Sequence record: MF459646.1
DNA: 40,000 nt
Strand: one strand, 5' to 3'
DNA from: Erwinia phage vB_EamM_RisingSun
Numbering within the stretch: the stretch's first letter is position 1; every line of letters starts with the position of its first letter. The translations under genes were made by a program, and so were the position numbers. The notes under the pieces are model-generated. The model saw nothing but the letters and a program-made list of their open reading frames with translations. It searched no databases and was not told the DNA's origin. Shown here one piece after another: positions 36,953-40,000 of the stretch.

Positions 36953-38485
36953 ATGCGCCATACGGCCGTTATTAGCACGGCGAATAACTATATCCGTGTT
37001 CATGGTTATCACCAGGAGTTCGTCGAGCGTGTGATAATGCCGTTTTGTCGTATGAACCTGTATAAGACGGGGAGGGTCCCAATACCTGGGACCCGTGAAA
37101 CCAAATACGTGACCACTCATGTGTTTGCCCGGTTTAACTTCGACAAAACAGAATTTCGCATTTGCCGCGAACTGTTTGATAGCTTTATCGATTATGCTGA
37201 TACTCATGGCTACCACAAGAAACGTATCAAGGTTATCTCCGAAGCCGAACTGAGTGGCGTTAACGTCTCGTTTCAGTTTCAGGACGGTTGGGGGTCACCG
37301 CGACCGCATCAGGTGGATTGGTTAGAGTATCAGATGGGTGAAGGTGCGCTCAAGATAAACAACATGACGCCCGGGGGCGGTAAAACGTTTTGTGCGTTAT
37401 ACCAGATGGTGAAGATGGGTGTTCGCACCCTGATTACCATTCAGCCACGGTATATTCCGGTGTGGATTAAAGCACTGGGGGATATTGTACAGCTGGGTCC
37501 CCGTGACGTTATCTTGTGTGAGGGTGACCTCTCGCAAATCGTCGAGAACATTGAGAACGGTACGATTAACCCCAAAGTGGTTATTCTGCCGATGACCCGT
37601 ATTGAACAGCATCTGAAGAAAGAGAAAGAAGACGAGTCCTATCCCGATTTGGACAACATCTTCCGGCGCATGGGTTGTGGGTTCCGTATCCAGGACGAAG
37701 CACACGAAGCCATCCACCAAATCTACCTTTCCATGATGTACGGTAACTTTCCTAAAACCCTGGTGCTCTCGGGTACATTGCAAGCCGATGACCCGTTCAC
37801 CAACAAGATTTACCGCTGGCTGTTCCCGAAGAAGCATTACCTGAAGGCAACAGAACATAAGCAATACCTGGACATCGTTGCTTACCAGTATCAGATTGAC
37901 ATGCGCAAGTATCGCATTAATACCATGTCATTTGGGTCGTACAGTGATGTGACCTTTGAGAAGTCGATTATCCGTAATGGCAAGTTGATGAAGTTTTACT
38001 TTGAGCTCGTGAAGAAAGCGTTTGACGAGTTCTACCTTCCTCGAAGGCGTGAGGGTGGCAAGTGTCTGCTCTTCTTTTCGAAGGTGGATATGTGCGAACG
38101 CATTTGTTCAATGCTTAAGCACTGCTACCCTGACATGGATATCATCACGTACACCGGTGAGAACAGTAAGAAGGAACGCAAAGACGAGTACCGTAAGCAT
38201 GAGGTGGTAATCTCTACCCCTGGTAGCTGCGGAACCGGTAAGGACATACCGGGACTCATCAACGTGTTCTGTTGGCACACTGTGTCCTCTATGCAACGTA
38301 ACGACCAGATACTGATGCGCCTTCGCGATATCAGCAACCTCTGGACGGACATCGACCCGTTGTTCCTTTACGGCGTTTGTCTCGATATACCGAAGCATAA
38401 GGAGTATCACCGTAAACGTTATTCTCTGTTTGAACCAAAAGCCAAGCGTCAACGGCTGATTAATTCCGACATGATTCTAATGTAA
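36953..38485 (+). CDS. SF2 DNA/RNA helicase, UvsW-like (phiKZ gp75 position)
   Basis: Walker A TPGGGKTF, motif II QDEAHE, motif III LSGT, C-terminal LLFFSKVDMCERI...ISTPGSCGTGKDIPGL. Confidence 0.88.
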   Translation: MRHTAVISTANNYIRVHGYHQEFVERVIMPFCRMNLYKTGRVPIPGTRETKYVTTHVFARFNFDKTEFRICRELFDSFIDYADTHGYHKKRIKVISEAELSGVNVSFQFQDGWGSPRPHQVDWLEYQMGEGALKINNMTPGGGKTFCALYQMVKMGVRTLITIQPRYIPVWIKALGDIVQLGPRDVILCEGDLSQIVENIENGTINPKVVILPMTRIEQHLKKEKEDESYPDLDNIFRRMGCGFRIQDEAHEAIHQIYLSMMYGNFPKTLVLSGTLQADDPFTNKIYRWLFPKKHYLKATEHKQYLDIVAYQYQIDMRKYRINTMSFGSYSDVTFEKSIIRNGKLMKFYFELVKKAFDEFYLPRRREGGKCLLFFSKVDMCERICSMLKHCYPDMDIITYTGENSKKERKDEYRKHEVVISTPGSCGTGKDIPGLINVFCWHTVSSMQRNDQILMRLRDISNLWTDIDPLFLYGVCLDIPKHKEYHRKRYSLFEPKAKRQRLINSDMILM

Positions 38486-38493
38486 TTGAAGAT

Positions 38494-38532
38494 TACCCTC
38501 TCTCCCTTCCCGGGGAGAGAGGGTATTTTCTT
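38494..38532 (+). terminator. Terminator
   Basis: taccctctctccc ... gggagagagggta followed by ttttctt, 13-bp perfect stem. Confidence 0.8.
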
Positions 38533-38579
38533 AGTGTCGTTCCCATATTACATGGTGTTAACGCGTCGAGAAGGTTGAA

Positions 38580-39014
38580 ATGAGCGACGAGAAAGATTTT
38601 GATAAAGAGAATGCGGACCAGCAATTTAGTATCGTGTTTCGCAACCAGCACGGCTATACCGAGGACATCTACGAACTGTTAAAGGGGAGCTTGACTGATG
38701 CTTTACTTGCTTATGAAACTGCTGAGACGTGTTCTTATGACAACCTCCAGTGGGACATCACCCAACAGATATACGACCAACGAGGACGATTAAACGTCAG
38801 TCCTTTAAACGACAGCTACATGCGCATCCTAAAAGATGACCGCGAGTGGCGAGACGAAATGTATACCGGTACCCAGTTCCTGATTAACCATGTGTTGCAG
38901 GAGAACGAGGCCCGACTGTTAAGCATTTATCAATCGTACAACATTCGAGATGTGCAGGTCCCGGTAGTCACACAGAATCGCATTTTGGTGTTGTTGTCAG
39001 GGTTAAAGAAATGA
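38580..39014 (+). CDS. Hypothetical protein, 144 aa
   Basis: ATG ORF, overlaps the next start (ATGA). Confidence 0.8.
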   Translation: MSDEKDFDKENADQQFSIVFRNQHGYTEDIYELLKGSLTDALLAYETAETCSYDNLQWDITQQIYDQRGRLNVSPLNDSYMRILKDDREWRDEMYTGTQFLINHVLQENEARLLSIYQSYNIRDVQVPVVTQNRILVLLSGLKK

Positions 39015-39379
39015 CAACACAACGCTGGGGATCTCTGTTAGTACCGCTAGAAGGTTTAGTGGACTATGGCTACTATGAAATCATCTGCCACGCAGTATCA
39101 GACAGAATCGTCAGTGTGTTAACCGGGGTGGACTTTGTGGACCACCTTGGGGTTTACGCCATGAACTTCATCCAGGTGCCGGACCACTATGTGGAACACG
39201 GTAATGAAATGGAATTCTACGCTGAGGTAACGTCTGAACTCCGTACGCAGTTTAACTATAACGAATCCCTGCCAGGCTACCTGAATGCCATGAACATTCT
39301 CTCGTTTTACCTGGGACACGATTTCCATGTAGCGGATATGAATGAACGTGGCATCACGGTATTGGTGGAGGCACCTTAA
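39011..39379 (+). CDS. Hypothetical protein, 122 aa
   Basis: ATGA coupling to the previous gene. Confidence 0.8.
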   Translation: MTTQRWGSLLVPLEGLVDYGYYEIICHAVSDRIVSVLTGVDFVDHLGVYAMNFIQVPDHYVEHGNEMEFYAEVTSELRTQFNYNESLPGYLNAMNILSFYLGHDFHVADMNERGITVLVEAP

Positions 39380-39380
39380 C

Positions 39381-39887
39381 ATGAAAAGCGGAACCATAAC
39401 CTTAACCGACACCATCTTTGGGATGGATGAAATCAAAGCAGACGTGCAGCAGGACTTACTGGTGTTGATTATTGTGGAGGCCATCCGCAATATCCTCTGG
39501 CAACGTAAAGACCAGATGATGGTGGGTTACCACGAGGCGTTAACGTTACGTCCGCTTGAACAACAGGACAACACCGTTACCGCTGACGATGTTTATGTAA
39601 TGTCGTTGAATCACCTCATGGACGTGATTGAGTTAAACGACCCGTTGTTTGACACCGAAGATGCCGACAGTGTGGCAGAAGTCAGTGCAGCATTGAGTGA
39701 TAAGCTGTCGATGCTCATGGGGTCGATTGACCGATTCAATCATCACGAAGTCTTGCTCCCCTATCAGGAACTGCTGTTTAACTTCTATGAAGAGAACGAG
39801 TTCCCGAGTGTCTCCGGTACCTTTGTGGGAAACAAAGTTGTGCTCTGTTTCACTACACCGACTACGTTTGGTATGGCTACTATTTAA
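39381..39887 (+). CDS. Hypothetical protein, ~168 aa
   Basis: ATG 39381 (MKSGTITLTDTIF) with ggaggcacctta upstream; track start 39342 is inside the previous gene. Confidence 0.8.
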   Translation: MKSGTITLTDTIFGMDEIKADVQQDLLVLIIVEAIRNILWQRKDQMMVGYHEALTLRPLEQQDNTVTADDVYVMSLNHLMDVIELNDPLFDTEDADSVAEVSAALSDKLSMLMGSIDRFNHHEVLLPYQELLFNFYEENEFPSVSGTFVGNKVVLCFTTPTTFGMATI

Positions 39888-39946
39888 CCTTTATGGTCTC
39901 TGCTCCGCAAGGGGCAGAGGTCAGATACCTATATTGAGGATAGAAA

Positions 39947-40000
39947 ATGACAACGCAGAAAACTACCCCTAAGGCAAAGGCTCCGGGGAAACTGGTATTG
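39947..40000 (+). CDS. N-terminus of a further CDS, truncated by the window edge
   Basis: ttgaggatagaaaATG; MTTQKTTPKAKAPGKLVL, open to the window end. Confidence 0.6.
   Translation, partial: MTTQKTTPKAKAPGKLVL

Noticed and set aside
39697-39972. 91-aa + ORF near the right edge
   Set aside because: Out of frame inside the 39381-39887 gene and overlapping the start of the 39947 gene; likely spurious.
1-40000. CRISPR array, transposon, integrase or homing endonuclease
   Set aside because: No regularly spaced repeats, no terminal inverted repeats, no recognised HNH/GIY-YIG/LAGLIDADG or recombinase motifs in the ORFs read.
1-40000. tRNA genes
   Set aside because: Scanned gene-poor intervals by eye for T-arm GGTTCRANYCC plus matching acceptor stems and found none convincing; tRNAscan-SE or ARAGORN would be decisive.

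Overview
The 40 kb window is best read as the core and early region of a nucleus-forming, phiKZ-like jumbo phage (Chimalliviridae-type). No database search was run. Strongly supported by motifs in the sequence: a PhuZ-like tubulin/FtsZ-fold protein (10929-11894); a multi-subunit phage RNA polymerase encoded in pieces (beta' N-half with NADFDGD at 20425, beta C-half at 32833, beta' C-half at 34952); a C-terminal family-B DNA polymerase fragment (14662) with motif B and DTDS but no motif A; thymidylate kinase (3089); SbcD/Mre11-like phosphoesterase (24961); and an SF2 DEAH helicase (36953). Inferred mainly from gene order relative to phiKZ gp54-gp55 and gp68-gp75: the nuclear-shell protein chimallin/ChmA (18356), the fifth nvRNAP subunit (27907), an Imp1/PicA-like shell-associated import factor (29500), a gp70-like protein with a Met/Gln-rich tail (30953), and a nucleic-acid-binding protein with a Gly-rich tail ending in DEDIPF (26995, either an SSB or a ChmC-like protein). 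Less expected observations: a possible Tad2/DUF2829-like anti-defence ORF (3817); a recurring ~21-nt putative phage promoter (YCTRTATTAYTAGGGTGAATA) upstream of eight gene groups; a family of long TA-bounded intergenic palindromes; a terminator-bounded ~1 kb segment with no convincing protein; two paralogous lysine-rich proteins on opposite strands; and an unlisted 40-aa membrane microprotein.
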